Assembly (NCBI GenBank): GCA_041496385.1 | Contig: JBGQEL010000005.1 | Span: 1-64,000, forward strand | Direction of reading: 5' to 3' | DNA: 64,000 bases | Source: Candidatus Methylomirabilia bacterium | GTDB taxonomy: Bacteria > Methylomirabilota > Methylomirabilia > Rokubacteriales > CSP1-6 | Shown here: piece after piece, positions 38,634 to 48,801 of the stretch | Position numbering within the stretch: the stretch's first letter is position 1 | How the letters are laid out: each line of letters starts with the position of its first letter | Translations under genes and position numbers: made by a program | Notes under the pieces: model-generated | Databases searched by the model: none | Told to the model about the DNA's origin: nothing | What the model saw: only the letters and a program-made list of their open reading frames with translations

Positions 38634-39140
38634 TCAGGGCCGCACCGGTTGCAGGATCTGCCGCATCTCGGACTGGAGCGTGCGCATCCGGTCCTTCACC
38701 TGGGCCGCCTTGGTGAGCTGCGCGGCCGTGAGAATCGCGCGCACCTCGAGCGCAACCCGCGTGCTCTCCTGGAGGAGCTGCGTGCGAAGCTGCTCGATCT
38801 GCTGGAGGTGGGCGGCGAGGTCCGTCTCCTGGAGCGCGCCCGGCGCGAAGAGCTTGTCGGCGAGGTCGTGCTGCGCCTGGCGGAGCTGCGCGAGGAGCGC
38901 GTGCGTGCTCGCGCGGCGCGCGGCGATGATGTCGCGCACCTTCGTCTCCTGCTCGGGCGTCAGCGCGGCGCCGCGGATCAGGAGCGGCAGCAGCAGGCCC
39001 GCGTCCTCGCCCGGGCTCATGAGCGTGGAGGGCAACGCCGACTGCGCCCGCGCGGGGGCCGCGCAGGCGAGCAGGGCGGCGAGGCCGACGAGCGCAACCT
39101 GTCCGCGCATGGCGTGCCGCTTCCTGATGGCGTCAGCCAT
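38634..39140 (-). CDS. Spy/CpxP-like periplasmic protein (LTxxQ motifs)
   Basis: Signal peptide, LTPEQETK and ILTAAQ motifs. Lies after the anti-sigma gene. Confidence 0.75.
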   Translation of the reverse strand: MADAIRKRHAMRGQVALVGLAALLACAAPARAQSALPSTLMSPGEDAGLLLPLLIRGAALTPEQETKVRDIIAARRASTHALLAQLRQAQHDLADKLFAPGALQETDLAAHLQQIEQLRTQLLQESTRVALEVRAILTAAQLTKAAQVKDRMRTLQSEMRQILQPVRP

Positions 39141-39663
39141 CGATGTCCGGCCGCTCGAAGAGGTTCATCAGCCGCTCCATGTGCGCGTCCTCGTCGCACC
39201 CGGTCGTCGTGGCCCAGTCCGGCCACTCGCAGCCGAGGTCTCGCGCCACGGGCGTTCCGAGGTCGGCGACCAGCGTGTCGGGCATGGACCACGTCGCGCG
39301 GCCGTGGACGGAGAACATCGTGAAGGACGCGTCCCGCAGGAATGCCATCGCCTCCTCCCGCTGGGCCGGCACCGACGGCGGCGCGACCGGCGGCCGCACG
39401 GCCAAGTAGGCCCAGAGCGACAGGACGGCGACGAGGGTCGCGGCCATGGCCGCGACCGGGGCGAGCGACCGGCGGAGGACCGCGACGCGCGCGCGCGGCT
39501 CGGCGGTCCGGAGCAGGATGTAGCTGACCGTCTCCAGCTCGGCCGCGATCCTCCGGGAGCGCTCGGCGCAGCGCACGCACGCGGTGAGATGCGCACGCTG
39601 CGCGTCGCGCCCGCTCCCCGCGTGCAGGCGCATCAGCGTCCGGTCGGACAGGCAGCGGCTCAT
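39133..39663 (-). CDS. Putative anti-sigma factor (HxxxCxxC plus TM)
   Basis: MSRCLSD...AHLTACVRC followed by a TM helix. Overlaps the ECF sigma stop. Confidence 0.75.
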   Translation of the reverse strand: MSRCLSDRTLMRLHAGSGRDAQRAHLTACVRCAERSRRIAAELETVSYILLRTAEPRARVAVLRRSLAPVAAMAATLVAVLSLWAYLAVRPPVAPPSVPAQREEAMAFLRDASFTMFSVHGRATWSMPDTLVADLGTPVARDLGCEWPDWATTTGCDEDAHMERLMNLFERPDIDG

Positions 39664-40208
39664 GCCCGGTCTTCCGCCGCGGCGGCGCGGAGCCGGTGGA
39701 TCGCGCGGAAGAGGTGGCTCTTCACGCTGCCCGTCCTGATGCCGAGCGCCTCGGCCACCGCCTGGGTGGACCATCCTTCGAGCTGGCGGAGCACGAAGAC
39801 CTCGCGCTGGCGGTCGGGCAGGCCTCGAAAGGTCGCCCAGATCCGGCGCCACGTTTCCTCGCCGATGGCGCGCTCCTCGGGCGAAGCCTCGTGGGTCAGC
39901 AGCGTCACGTCCTCGACGCGGTCGGTGTGCCGGCGAAACCGCATCCACCACCCGGCCCGCCGCCGATCGCGGCAGGCGTTGACGGTCACGCGTGTGAGCC
40001 AGGCCCCCCAGTCGTAGGGCGGGTCCGGCCGGCCGAAGGCCTGAAGAAGTTTCAGAAACACGTCCTGCACGACCTCCTGGCTCTCCTGGGGATCGGCCAG
40101 AAGCAGCCGACAGAGTCTCGCCAAGCGGCGACCGTGCGCCTCGTAGAGCTGCTCGTAGGTCGGTGGACGCTCCACGCTGGCCCGGCGGTCGCCTTGCAAC
40201 GTCTCCAC
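39660..40208 (-). CDS. ECF RNA polymerase sigma factor
   Basis: EVVQDVFLK, WLTRVTVNACRD, LPDRQREVFVL, GSVKSHLFRA. Confidence 0.92.
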   Translation of the reverse strand: METLQGDRRASVERPPTYEQLYEAHGRRLARLCRLLLADPQESQEVVQDVFLKLLQAFGRPDPPYDWGAWLTRVTVNACRDRRRAGWWMRFRRHTDRVEDVTLLTHEASPEERAIGEETWRRIWATFRGLPDRQREVFVLRQLEGWSTQAVAEALGIRTGSVKSHLFRAIHRLRAAAAEDRA

Positions 40209-40225
40209 GTCTCTCGCCTCGAAAT

Positions 40226-40252
40226 GACGAATCAGGGGGGCGGCGGTTGACA
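40226..40252 (-). promoter_or_regulatory. Putative autoregulatory ECF promoter
   Basis: Minus strand TGTCAAC-N16-CGTC just upstream of the sigma gene. Confidence 0.55.
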
Positions 40253-40359
40253 GGACGCGAGCGAAAAAGGGCCCGGCCGGCGCGTCAGGGCGGACCGCAC
40301 CACGCCATGAGACGTGGCCGGCCGCCCGGAGATTCAGGGACCCGCGGGAATGTCCGGCG

Positions 40360-41277
40360 TCAGACGGTGACGGGCCGGTAGACGGGAGTGCGCCACTCCG
40401 AGTAGCGCTTGTCCACGCCGCGCACGACGCTCATGTAGGCCGCCAGGAGGCGCCGCGTGGTCGTCCCGACGGCCCCGTCGCCGAGCGCGAAGCGGTCGAT
40501 CGAGACGATGGGCGTGATCTCGTAGCCGCTGCCGCAGAAGAAGGCTTCGTCGGCGACATAGAGCTCGGTGCGGTCGATCTCGCGCTCGACGACGTCGACA
40601 CCCAGCTCGGGGCAGATCTCCTCGATCAGCGTGGAGCGCGTGATCGACTCGAGGATGTCGCTCGAGATCGGCGGCGTGACGAGCTTGCCCTTGCGGACCA
40701 TGAAGATCGTCGCGCCGGTGCCCTCGGCCACGTGCCCGTGCCCGTTGAGGAGGATGGGCGCGTCGTAGCCGTCGGCCTTGGCCTGGAGGAGCGCCAGCCG
40801 GCCGTTCTGGTAGTTCGCGCCGGACTTGAGCCGGATTGGGATCGCGTTGTCCGAGGTGCGGACCCACGAGCTCACGCAGCAGCGCAGGCCGGCGTCGGAG
40901 ATCCGGCCGCGGCGCCTCGGATTGATGTAGAGCCCCGTGGGGGACGTGGCGTCCATGCCGACGCCGACGACGTAGGCGACCAGGTGCATGTGGACGTCCT
41001 CGCGGATCTCGTTGCCCTTGAGGACCTCGCGGACCGCCTCGTACAGGTCCATGTCGCTGTAGGGCACCGTGAACCGCATCATCTTCATCGATTCGCGCAG
41101 CCGGACGAAGTGCTCCTGGAGGCGGAAGCAGAAGAGCTCGCCCTCGGCCTCGTTCCAGTAGGCGCGGAGCCCCTCGAACACGTTGGTGCCGTAGAACACC
41201 GCGGCACTGTTCACCGGGAGCACCGCCTGGGCCTGCTCGAGCATCCGGCCGTTCATCCAGATCTTCAGGTCTTTCAT
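40360..41277 (-). CDS. ilvE: Branched-chain amino acid aminotransferase (class IV)
   Basis: YGTNVFEGLRAY, LKSGANY, EGTGAT, ILESITR, ADEAFFCGS. Confidence 0.85.
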   Translation of the reverse strand: MKDLKIWMNGRMLEQAQAVLPVNSAAVFYGTNVFEGLRAYWNEAEGELFCFRLQEHFVRLRESMKMMRFTVPYSDMDLYEAVREVLKGNEIREDVHMHLVAYVVGVGMDATSPTGLYINPRRRGRISDAGLRCCVSSWVRTSDNAIPIRLKSGANYQNGRLALLQAKADGYDAPILLNGHGHVAEGTGATIFMVRKGKLVTPPISSDILESITRSTLIEEICPELGVDVVEREIDRTELYVADEAFFCGSGYEITPIVSIDRFALGDGAVGTTTRRLLAAYMSVVRGVDKRYSEWRTPVYRPVTV

Positions 41278-41491
41278 GAGGTCACGCTCCTTGTCTCTGG
41301 CGACCCTAGCGCCTCAGGCGCGTGTCCGTCAAGCGCGCGGACCCCGCCGGTCCTTGACCGCCCCCGCGCGTTCCCCTAAGCTCGGCGACATCCTTCGACA
41401 GGAGCCTGTCCATGCTGACCCGTCGCGACGTGCTGAAGCTCGGGGGACCAGGTCATGGGCGCCTGGCCAGACAAGTAAAGGACGTGACGAC

Positions 41492-42316
41492 ATGAAGCTC
41501 AAGGACCGCGTGGCGCTGGTGACGGGCGGCGGCTCGGGAATCGGGCGGGCGATCGCGCTCTGCTTCGCCGAGGAGGGCGCGCGCGTCGTCGTCAACGACG
41601 TCCACCTCGAGGCGGCCGAGGCGACCGTGAAGCAGATGGCCGAGCCCGCGCGCGGGCGCGCCATCCAGGCGGACGTCTCGGACAGCGCCGCCGTGAAGGC
41701 GATGTTCGCGACCGTCGAGCGCGAGCTCGGCTCGCTCGACATCCTCGTCAACAACGCGGGCGTCGCCAGCACCGGCGGCGACCGCGCGGCGGTGCAGCAG
41801 AAGGCCGAGACGCGCATCATGGAGATGCTCGGTGGCGAGGGCATCACCACGCACCTCGACATCACGCAGAACATGACCGACGCCGCGTGGGAGCGGATGC
41901 TCGCGATCCACGTGCATGGGACGTTCTACTGCACGCGCGAGGCGCTCCGTCTCATGAGCCTGAAGAACCGCGGGGCCATCGTCAACATGTCGAGCATCGC
42001 GGCGCTCATGGGACTCGAGGGGGCGCCCCACTACAGCGCCGCGAAGGGCGCGATCCTGTCGTTCACGCGGGCGGTGGCGCGCGAGGTCGCTTCGCGCGGG
42101 ATCCGCGTCAACGCGATCTGCCCCGGCTACATCGACACGCCGATGACCGAGCCGATCACGCCGCTCCTCCGGAAGGCGACGCTCTCCCGGACGCCGCTCG
42201 GGCGCCACGGCGAGCCCGCCGAGGTCGCCGCGACCGCGCTCTTCCTCGTCTCCGACGACAGCTCGTTCTTCACCGGCCAGTGGCTCTCGCCGAACGGCGG
42301 CCTCTTCACCGGCTGA
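41492..42316 (+). CDS. SDR family oxidoreductase
   Basis: TGGGSGIG, NNAG, YSAAK, NAICPG. Confidence 0.93.
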   Translation: MKLKDRVALVTGGGSGIGRAIALCFAEEGARVVVNDVHLEAAEATVKQMAEPARGRAIQADVSDSAAVKAMFATVERELGSLDILVNNAGVASTGGDRAAVQQKAETRIMEMLGGEGITTHLDITQNMTDAAWERMLAIHVHGTFYCTREALRLMSLKNRGAIVNMSSIAALMGLEGAPHYSAAKGAILSFTRAVAREVASRGIRVNAICPGYIDTPMTEPITPLLRKATLSRTPLGRHGEPAEVAATALFLVSDDSSFFTGQWLSPNGGLFTG

Positions 42317-43104
42317 TGCCCGAGCGCCGCGAATTCGACGTCCGCGGGACGCCGGTCCAGATCCTCGAGGACGGCGCCGGCCCGCCGCTCCTGTTCCTGC
42401 ACGGCGCCGGGGGCGCCGGCCACTGGCTTCCGTTCCAGGAGGCGCTCGCCAAGGAGCTCCACGTCCGGATGCCGAGCCATCCGGGCCACGGCGGCTCGCC
42501 GGCGGCCGAGTGGATCGAGCACGTCTCGGACCTGGCGTTCCACTATCTCGATCTCCTCGACGCGCTCGGTCTCGAGCGTGTCCACCTCGCCGGCGCCTCG
42601 TTCGGCGGCTGGATCGCCGCCGAGATGGCGACCATGGCCTCGCACCGGCTCGCGTCGCTCGCGCTGATCGATCCCGTGGGCATCAAGGTGGACGGCTGGA
42701 TCTACCCGTTCCTCTTCGGGATGGACGTCCCCGAGATCGTCCAGACCGTCTTCCACAACCCGATGGCGGCTCTCGCGCTGGCCCCGCCCGATCAGTCCGT
42801 CGAGACGCTCGCGCTCCAGTACCGGCAGGGCACGGCGCTGGCGCGCGTCGCCTGGAACCCTTACCTCTACGATCCGCTCCTGCGCCGGCGGCTCGCGCGC
42901 ATCACGGCGCCGACGCTGATCTGCTGGGGCGCCCACGATCGCCTGGCACCGCTGGCGCCGTGCGGCGAGACGTGGGCGAGGGAGATTCCGGGGGCGCGAC
43001 TCCAGATATTCGCCGACTCGGGGCACGTGCCGCACCTCGAAGAGCCGGAGGCGGTCGCGCGCGCCGTGCTCGAGTTCTGCCGCGGCAAGGAGCACGCCCG
43101 GTGA
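42316..43104 (+). CDS. Alpha/beta hydrolase
   Basis: FLHGAGG, GASFGG nucleophile elbow, GHVPHLE. Confidence 0.9.
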   Translation: MPERREFDVRGTPVQILEDGAGPPLLFLHGAGGAGHWLPFQEALAKELHVRMPSHPGHGGSPAAEWIEHVSDLAFHYLDLLDALGLERVHLAGASFGGWIAAEMATMASHRLASLALIDPVGIKVDGWIYPFLFGMDVPEIVQTVFHNPMAALALAPPDQSVETLALQYRQGTALARVAWNPYLYDPLLRRRLARITAPTLICWGAHDRLAPLAPCGETWAREIPGARLQIFADSGHVPHLEEPEAVARAVLEFCRGKEHAR

Positions 43105-44246
43105 AGTTCTACTACTTCCATCTGATGCCGTACGTCATGGACCACGACGAGCCTTCGTCCTGGGTGACGCTCTCCAACCGCCTCTACGACCCGAAGCAGG
43201 GCCAGATCCTCTACAACCAGTACCTCGACCAGCTCGAGTACGCCGAGCAGCTCGGCTGGGACGGTCTCTGCGTCAACGAGCACCACCAGAACTGCTACGG
43301 CACCATGCCGAGCCCCAACGTGATGGCGGCGATGCTCGTGCGCCGCACCTCGCGCGCCAAGATCGCGATCCTCGGCAACGGGCTGCCGCTGCGCGAGAAC
43401 CCGCTCCGGATCGCCGAGGAGGTCGCGATGCTCGACGTCGCCTCCGGCGGGCGCGTGATCTCGGGCTTCGTGCGCGGCATCAGCGCGGAGTACTTCTCCA
43501 CCGGCGTCAACCCGACGCACTCGCGCGATCGCTTCTACGAGGCGGCTGAGCTGATCCTGAGGGCCTGGACCGAGGAGGGGCCGTTCGCGTTCGACGGCAA
43601 GTTCTACCGCTACCACTACGTGAACCCGTGGCCGCGCCCGTTCCAGAAGCCCCACCCGCCCGTCTGGTGCCCGTCCCAGGGCTCGAGCGAGACGGTCGAG
43701 TGGGCGGCGAAGCGCCGCTTCCCCTACCTGATGGTGTTCACGCCGGTCAAGCGCATCGCGCAGATCTACGGCGAGTACCGCGAGGCGTGCCAGCGCAACG
43801 GCTACACCGCGAGCCCCTACCAGCTCACGGTCAACGTGCCGATCGTCGTCGCCACGACCGACGCGAAGGCGCGCGCGATCGCGATGAAGCACGTCATGTG
43901 GGTCTTCAACGTGGGGCTCCGCATGCACCCGCCCTTCTGGCGCCCGCCGGGCTACATGACGGAAGCGTCGCTCCGACGCCTCCTCCAGAATCCGCCGAAG
44001 CTCCCGAGCGAGCTGACCTTCGAGGAGGCCGACCGGGAGGGCTACATCGTCTACGGCAGCCCGGCGACCGTCCGCGACAAGCTGCGCGTCTTCTCGGACG
44101 AGCTCCGCGCGGGCATCGTCTGCTCGGGGATGAACGGCGGCAGCCACGAGGCGACGCTCGAGATGATGGAGCTCTTCGCGAAGGAGGTCATGCCGCACTT
44201 CCGCGAGGACGCCGGCGTGGACGAGACGGCGGGCGTCGGGCGGTAG
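43101..44246 (+). CDS. LLM-class (luciferase-like) flavin-dependent oxidoreductase
   Basis: NEHHQ, PLRIAEEVAMLD, PRPFQKPHPP. GTG start at 43101. Confidence 0.9.
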   Translation: MKFYYFHLMPYVMDHDEPSSWVTLSNRLYDPKQGQILYNQYLDQLEYAEQLGWDGLCVNEHHQNCYGTMPSPNVMAAMLVRRTSRAKIAILGNGLPLRENPLRIAEEVAMLDVASGGRVISGFVRGISAEYFSTGVNPTHSRDRFYEAAELILRAWTEEGPFAFDGKFYRYHYVNPWPRPFQKPHPPVWCPSQGSSETVEWAAKRRFPYLMVFTPVKRIAQIYGEYREACQRNGYTASPYQLTVNVPIVVATTDAKARAIAMKHVMWVFNVGLRMHPPFWRPPGYMTEASLRRLLQNPPKLPSELTFEEADREGYIVYGSPATVRDKLRVFSDELRAGIVCSGMNGGSHEATLEMMELFAKEVMPHFREDAGVDETAGVGR

Positions 44247-44247
44247 C

Positions 44248-45132
44248 CTACCGGTTCGGCTCCTTCTCGGTCACCGGTTGGAGCAGCGTCGCGTAGTGCT
44301 GGGGCTGGCGCCGGCCGAGGAAGTTCCAGCGCTTCCGCACCGGGACCGCCCGATCGAGATCGAGCCGCGCGACGACCAGCTCGTCCCCCGTGGTCGCCGC
44401 CTTCGCGAGCACCTGGCCGAGCGGGTCGATCAGGCAGCTCCCGCCGATCAGCTCCAGGCCGTCCTCGATCCCCGCCTTGGCCACGCCGACGACGAAGCAG
44501 AGGTTCGCGTAGGCGCCCGCGCGCATGCAGAGCTCGTTCAGGTCGAGCGCCAGCGCCGAGATCGGCGTGTTGTAGCCGATCAGGATGATCTCGGCGCCCT
44601 GGAGCGCGAGGCTCCGGTAGCTCTCCGGATAGCGGCGATCCTGGCAGATCGCGATACCGACCCGCGCGCCGGCGGCGTCGAAGACCTTGTAACCCGTGTC
44701 ACCGTGGGCGAAGTAGTAGGGCTCGTACACCTGCGCGAAGCCGTCGGGCGCCTTCGTGCCCGGCAGGTGGATCTTCCTGAACGTCCCGCAGAGCCGGCCG
44801 TCACGATCGGTCAGGAGCGCGCTGTTGAAGTACGCGCCGCCCGCCTTCTCGCAGAAGCCGGCGTGCACCGCGACGCGGGCCCGGGCCGCCCGCCGCAGCA
44901 GCGGCTCGAGCGCCTTCGGCGGCACCTCGGTCTCGAAGAACTGGTCGAAGTCCGGACGGATCTTCTTCGGGAAGTAGGTCGTGAGCGCCATCTCGGGATA
45001 GACGACCAGCTCGACGCCGTCGGCGATCGCGGCCTCGAGCAGCGTCACCATCCGCTCGACGATCGCCTCGCGGGGCGTGCCCTCGTTGTTGGGACCCATC
45101 TGCGCTGCGGCGACCTTGATCGAGCGCGCCAT
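44248..45132 (-). CDS. Nitrilase-family N-carbamoyl-D-amino acid amidohydrolase-like protein
   Basis: YPEMALTTYFP, FRKIHLPG, ICQDRRYPE, IGYNTP. Confidence 0.85.
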   Translation of the reverse strand: MARSIKVAAAQMGPNNEGTPREAIVERMVTLLEAAIADGVELVVYPEMALTTYFPKKIRPDFDQFFETEVPPKALEPLLRRAARARVAVHAGFCEKAGGAYFNSALLTDRDGRLCGTFRKIHLPGTKAPDGFAQVYEPYYFAHGDTGYKVFDAAGARVGIAICQDRRYPESYRSLALQGAEIILIGYNTPISALALDLNELCMRAGAYANLCFVVGVAKAGIEDGLELIGGSCLIDPLGQVLAKAATTGDELVVARLDLDRAVPVRKRWNFLGRRQPQHYATLLQPVTEKEPNR

Positions 45133-45279
45133 CGTGCGTCTCCTTTCGCGGCGGGGCGTCGCGGCGCCCGTGACTCACGCTGATACCGCATCCACCGCGC
45201 GTGGGCAAGCCTCGCCCGGGACGTAGGCCGGCCGCCGCGCGCCCTTGACAGCGCGGCGGGGCGGTGTGAAGGTGGGGCC

Positions 45280-45735
45280 ATGCGGCGGATTGCGGCGGGG
45301 TTGCTCGTCCTGCTTCTCGTCATCGCGCTGGCGGCGCCGGCCGCGCACGCCGGTGGTGGCGCCGCCGTCGGGATCGCGCTCGGGCTCGCCTCGTTCGCCG
45401 TGTTCAATCAGCTCCTCGGCGGGCTCGCGTACGCCTACGCACCGCCCGTCTACCCGGCACCCGTCTACTACCAGGCACCGGTGTACGCCGCACCCGTCTA
45501 CGCGACGCCGGCGTACTCGTACGCCGTGTACGCGCGGCAGCCCGTCAGCTACGCGCCGGCCTACGCGCCCCCGCCGCGGACGTATCCCACGGTGATCGAG
45601 TACCCGCACGGGCGCCAGGAGCTCCGCGGCGACGGCGTCACTGTCGCGTACCACTGGGTGTGGATTCCGAACCCACCCGCGCCGCCGCCTGCGCCGGTGG
45701 CTCCGCCCGCTCCCCCGTCCTCGCCGTCTCGATAG
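45280..45735 (+). CDS. Secreted Pro/Tyr/Ala-rich repeat protein
   Basis: Signal peptide ending AHA, APVY repeats, C-terminal YPHGR.ELRGDG...YHWVW. Confidence 0.7.
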   Translation: MRRIAAGLLVLLLVIALAAPAAHAGGGAAVGIALGLASFAVFNQLLGGLAYAYAPPVYPAPVYYQAPVYAAPVYATPAYSYAVYARQPVSYAPAYAPPPRTYPTVIEYPHGRQELRGDGVTVAYHWVWIPNPPAPPPAPVAPPAPPSSPSR

Positions 45736-45775
45736 CCGGCGACCGGCCGCGCACGGTCGCGGTGGAGAGCCGCTG

Positions 45776-47218
45776 ATGACCGCATCGCGACGCACCGCCC
45801 TCCGGGCCGGCTGGATCATCGCCTTCGACGGGCGCGGCCACCGCCTCCTCCGCGACGGCGTCGTCGTGCTCGAGGGCGACAGGATCCTCCACGTGGGCAC
45901 GCACTTCGAGGGCTCGGTGGACGAGACCGTGGACGCGCGCGACCGGGTGCTGACGCCGGGGCTCATCTCGACGCACGCCCACCTCGCCGGCTCGCCGCTC
46001 GACCGCTCCTTCATCGAGGACCGCGGCAGCCCGCAGTTCTGGTACTCGGGGCTCTTCGAGATGCTCCCGGTCCGGAGCGGCGCGCAAGACGAAGAGGCGT
46101 CGCGCGCGTGCGTGGACTTCTCGATGGCCGAGCTGCTTCGCGGTGGCGTGACCACGGTGATGGAGATCGGCGGGCTCGGCGAGTACGTCGTCGAGCGCGC
46201 CGCCCACTACGGGCTCCGCGTCTACATGGGGCTCTCGTTCCGCTCCGGCGTCTGGCGCACGCCCGACGGGCGGCGCGTCCTGTGGGAGTGGAACGAGGAG
46301 CAGGGACGGCAGGGCCTCCGGCGGGCCGTCGAGCTGCACGCGAAGTACGACGGCGCCCACGGCGACCTGGTCCGATGCTTCTTCGCGCCCGCGCAGATCG
46401 ACACCTGCACGCCGGAGCTCTTGCGGGACGCCAAGCGCCTCGCCGACGAGGCCGCACGGCCCTACCAGGTGCACACCTCGCAATCCGTCGTCGAGTTCAA
46501 CGAGATGCTCGCGCGGCACGCCAAGACCCCGATCGCCTGGATGCAGGAGCTCGGACTCCTCGGCCCCCGCACGATCCTCGGCCACGCGATCATCATCGGC
46601 GGCTCGTCGTGGACCAACTACCCGGCGGGCGATCTCGGGCTCCTCGGCGAGGCCGGCTGCTCGGTGGCGCACGCGGTCTGGGTGTTCGCGCGGCGCGGCG
46701 TCGCAATGGAGTCGTTCGCCCGCTATCGCCGGGCCGGCGTGAACATGTCGCTCGGGACGGACACGAATCCGCAGAGCGTGATCGAGGCCATGCGCTGGGC
46801 AGCGGTGATGTCGAAGACGATGGAGCGGAACACGGAGGCGACGACGGCCGCCGACGTGTTCGACGCGGCGACGCTCGGCGGGGCCCGGGCGCTCGGGCGC
46901 GACGACCTCGGCCGCATCGCGCCGGGCGCGCGGGCCGATCTCGTCCTCTGGAAGGCGGCGTCGTGGCGCATGACGCCGCTCCGCGATCCCGTCAAGAACA
47001 TCGTCTACAACGCGACCGACGAGGACGTGGACCGCGTCTACGTGAACGGCCGCCTCGTCGTGGAGGGCGGACGCGTGCTCGCGGCGGACGAGCGCGCGAT
47101 CCTCGGCGCGCTGCAGGCGGGCGGCGACCGCATGTGGCCGCGCATGGCGACGTTCGACTGGGCGGGGCGCGGCGCCGATGAGCTCTCGCCGCAGACCTAT
47201 CCCGCGTGGGGGTCGTGA
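45776..47218 (+). CDS. Amidohydrolase (chlorohydrolase/deaminase-like)
   Basis: PGLISTHAH, LGTD, ATLGGARALG, GRIAPGARADLV. Confidence 0.9.
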   Translation: MTASRRTALRAGWIIAFDGRGHRLLRDGVVVLEGDRILHVGTHFEGSVDETVDARDRVLTPGLISTHAHLAGSPLDRSFIEDRGSPQFWYSGLFEMLPVRSGAQDEEASRACVDFSMAELLRGGVTTVMEIGGLGEYVVERAAHYGLRVYMGLSFRSGVWRTPDGRRVLWEWNEEQGRQGLRRAVELHAKYDGAHGDLVRCFFAPAQIDTCTPELLRDAKRLADEAARPYQVHTSQSVVEFNEMLARHAKTPIAWMQELGLLGPRTILGHAIIIGGSSWTNYPAGDLGLLGEAGCSVAHAVWVFARRGVAMESFARYRRAGVNMSLGTDTNPQSVIEAMRWAAVMSKTMERNTEATTAADVFDAATLGGARALGRDDLGRIAPGARADLVLWKAASWRMTPLRDPVKNIVYNATDEDVDRVYVNGRLVVEGGRVLAADERAILGALQAGGDRMWPRMATFDWAGRGADELSPQTYPAWGS

Positions 47219-47272
47219 GCCGGGCGGCGCGCGGCGCTTGACCTCGCCCGCACTTCGCCCTAGGGTCTCGCC

Positions 47273-48793
47273 ATGCGACGCCTGATCCTCGTCACCACGC
47301 TCCTGATCATGTCGTGGCCCCGCGCGGTCCTCGCGGCCCCCGAGGGCGAGATGCGCTGGGGGCTCCACGTGACGCTCGCGGCGCGCTGGCTCGACCCGGC
47401 CGAGACGGAAGCCTTCAACACCCCGTTCATGGTCATGTACGCCGTGCACGACGCGCTGGTGAAGCCCCTGCCGGCGGGGCTCATGACGCCGAGCCTGGCG
47501 GAGTCGTGGAGCCTCTCGAAGGACCAGCTCGTGTACACGTTCACGCTCCGGAAGAACGCGCGGTTCCACAACGGCGACCCCGTGACGCCCCAGGACGTGA
47601 GGTTCTCGTTCGAGCGCTACAAGGGCGCCAGCGCCAGGCTCCTCCACGACAAGGTCAGGGAGATCCAGACGGTCGGGGCGAACCAGGTGCGGTTCGTCCT
47701 GAAGGAGCCGTGGCCCGACTTCATGACGTTCTACGGCACGACGGCGTCCGGCGCCGGCTGGATCGTGCCGAAGAAGTACGTCGAGAAGGTCGGCGACGAC
47801 GGCTTCAAGCAGGCGCCGGTCGGCGCCGGCCCGTACCGCGTCGTCCTTTTCAAGCCGGGCGTCGAGCTGGTGCTCGAGGCCTTCGACGGGTACTGGCGCA
47901 AGCCGCCGAGCATCAAGCGCATCGTGATGCGCTCGCTGCCCGAGGAGACGACGCGCGCGGCGGCGCTGAAGAACGGCGAGGTCGACCTCGCCTACCTGCT
48001 CGCGGGCCCGATCGCGGAGGAGATCCGCCGGACGCCGGGCTTCTCGCTCAAGGCGCCCCTGCTGTCCGGCGCGTTCTGGCTCGAGCTGCCGGACCAGTGG
48101 GACCCGAAGTCGCCCTGGGCCGACCGCCGCGTGCGGCTCGCGGCCAGCCACGCCATCGACCGCCAGGCCGTCAACCAGGCCGAGACGCTCGGCTACTCGC
48201 GGCTCACCGGCTCGCTCGTGCCGCGGATCTTCCAGTTCTCGGTGCCCTTCGAGCCGCCGGCCTACGACCCGCCGCGGGCCCGGAAGCTCCTCGCCGAGGC
48301 GGGGTACCCGAACGGCTTCGACGCCGGCGACTTCCACCCCTTCCCGCCCTACGTCTCGATGGGCGAGGCGATCGCGACCCAGCTCCAGGCCGTCGGCATC
48401 CGGAGCCGCATCCGGAACATGGAGCGCGCCGCGTACTTCTCGGCCTGGCGCGAGAAGAAGCTCCACGGGATCATCCTCGTCATCACCGCCACGATGGGCA
48501 ACGCGGCCACGCGGCTCGAGCCCTACGCGACGAAGGACGGGATCTACGCCTACGGCTACCTGCCGCAGGTGGAGGACCTCTATGTCCGTCAGGGGCGCGA
48601 GTCCGACCCGAAGAAGCGCGAGGCGCAGCTCCACCAGATCCAGACGATCCTCCACGAGCACGTCATGCACGTGCCGATCTACGAGCTGGCCTTCATCTGG
48701 GGCGTCGGGCCGCGCGTCGAGGAGAGCGGCGCGGGCCTGATCCCGGGCTTCGCGTACTCGGCGCCCTTCGAGGACCTCAGGCTGAGGAAGTAG
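47273..48793 (+). CDS. ABC transporter substrate-binding protein (family 5)
   Basis: LAESW, FTLRKNARFHNGDPVT, GAGPY, LLAEAGYPNGF. Confidence 0.92.
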   Translation: MRRLILVTTLLIMSWPRAVLAAPEGEMRWGLHVTLAARWLDPAETEAFNTPFMVMYAVHDALVKPLPAGLMTPSLAESWSLSKDQLVYTFTLRKNARFHNGDPVTPQDVRFSFERYKGASARLLHDKVREIQTVGANQVRFVLKEPWPDFMTFYGTTASGAGWIVPKKYVEKVGDDGFKQAPVGAGPYRVVLFKPGVELVLEAFDGYWRKPPSIKRIVMRSLPEETTRAAALKNGEVDLAYLLAGPIAEEIRRTPGFSLKAPLLSGAFWLELPDQWDPKSPWADRRVRLAASHAIDRQAVNQAETLGYSRLTGSLVPRIFQFSVPFEPPAYDPPRARKLLAEAGYPNGFDAGDFHPFPPYVSMGEAIATQLQAVGIRSRIRNMERAAYFSAWREKKLHGIILVITATMGNAATRLEPYATKDGIYAYGYLPQVEDLYVRQGRESDPKKREAQLHQIQTILHEHVMHVPIYELAFIWGVGPRVEESGAGLIPGFAYSAPFEDLRLRK

Positions 48794-48801
48794 CGCGTCC
48801 C

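Noticed and set aside
45430..45580. Short tandem-like repeats (CCCGTCTAC, CCGGTGTAC) considered as a CRISPR or VNTR
   Set aside because: They are imperfect in-frame codon repeats of APVY within a protein. No CRISPR array or cas gene was seen in the window.
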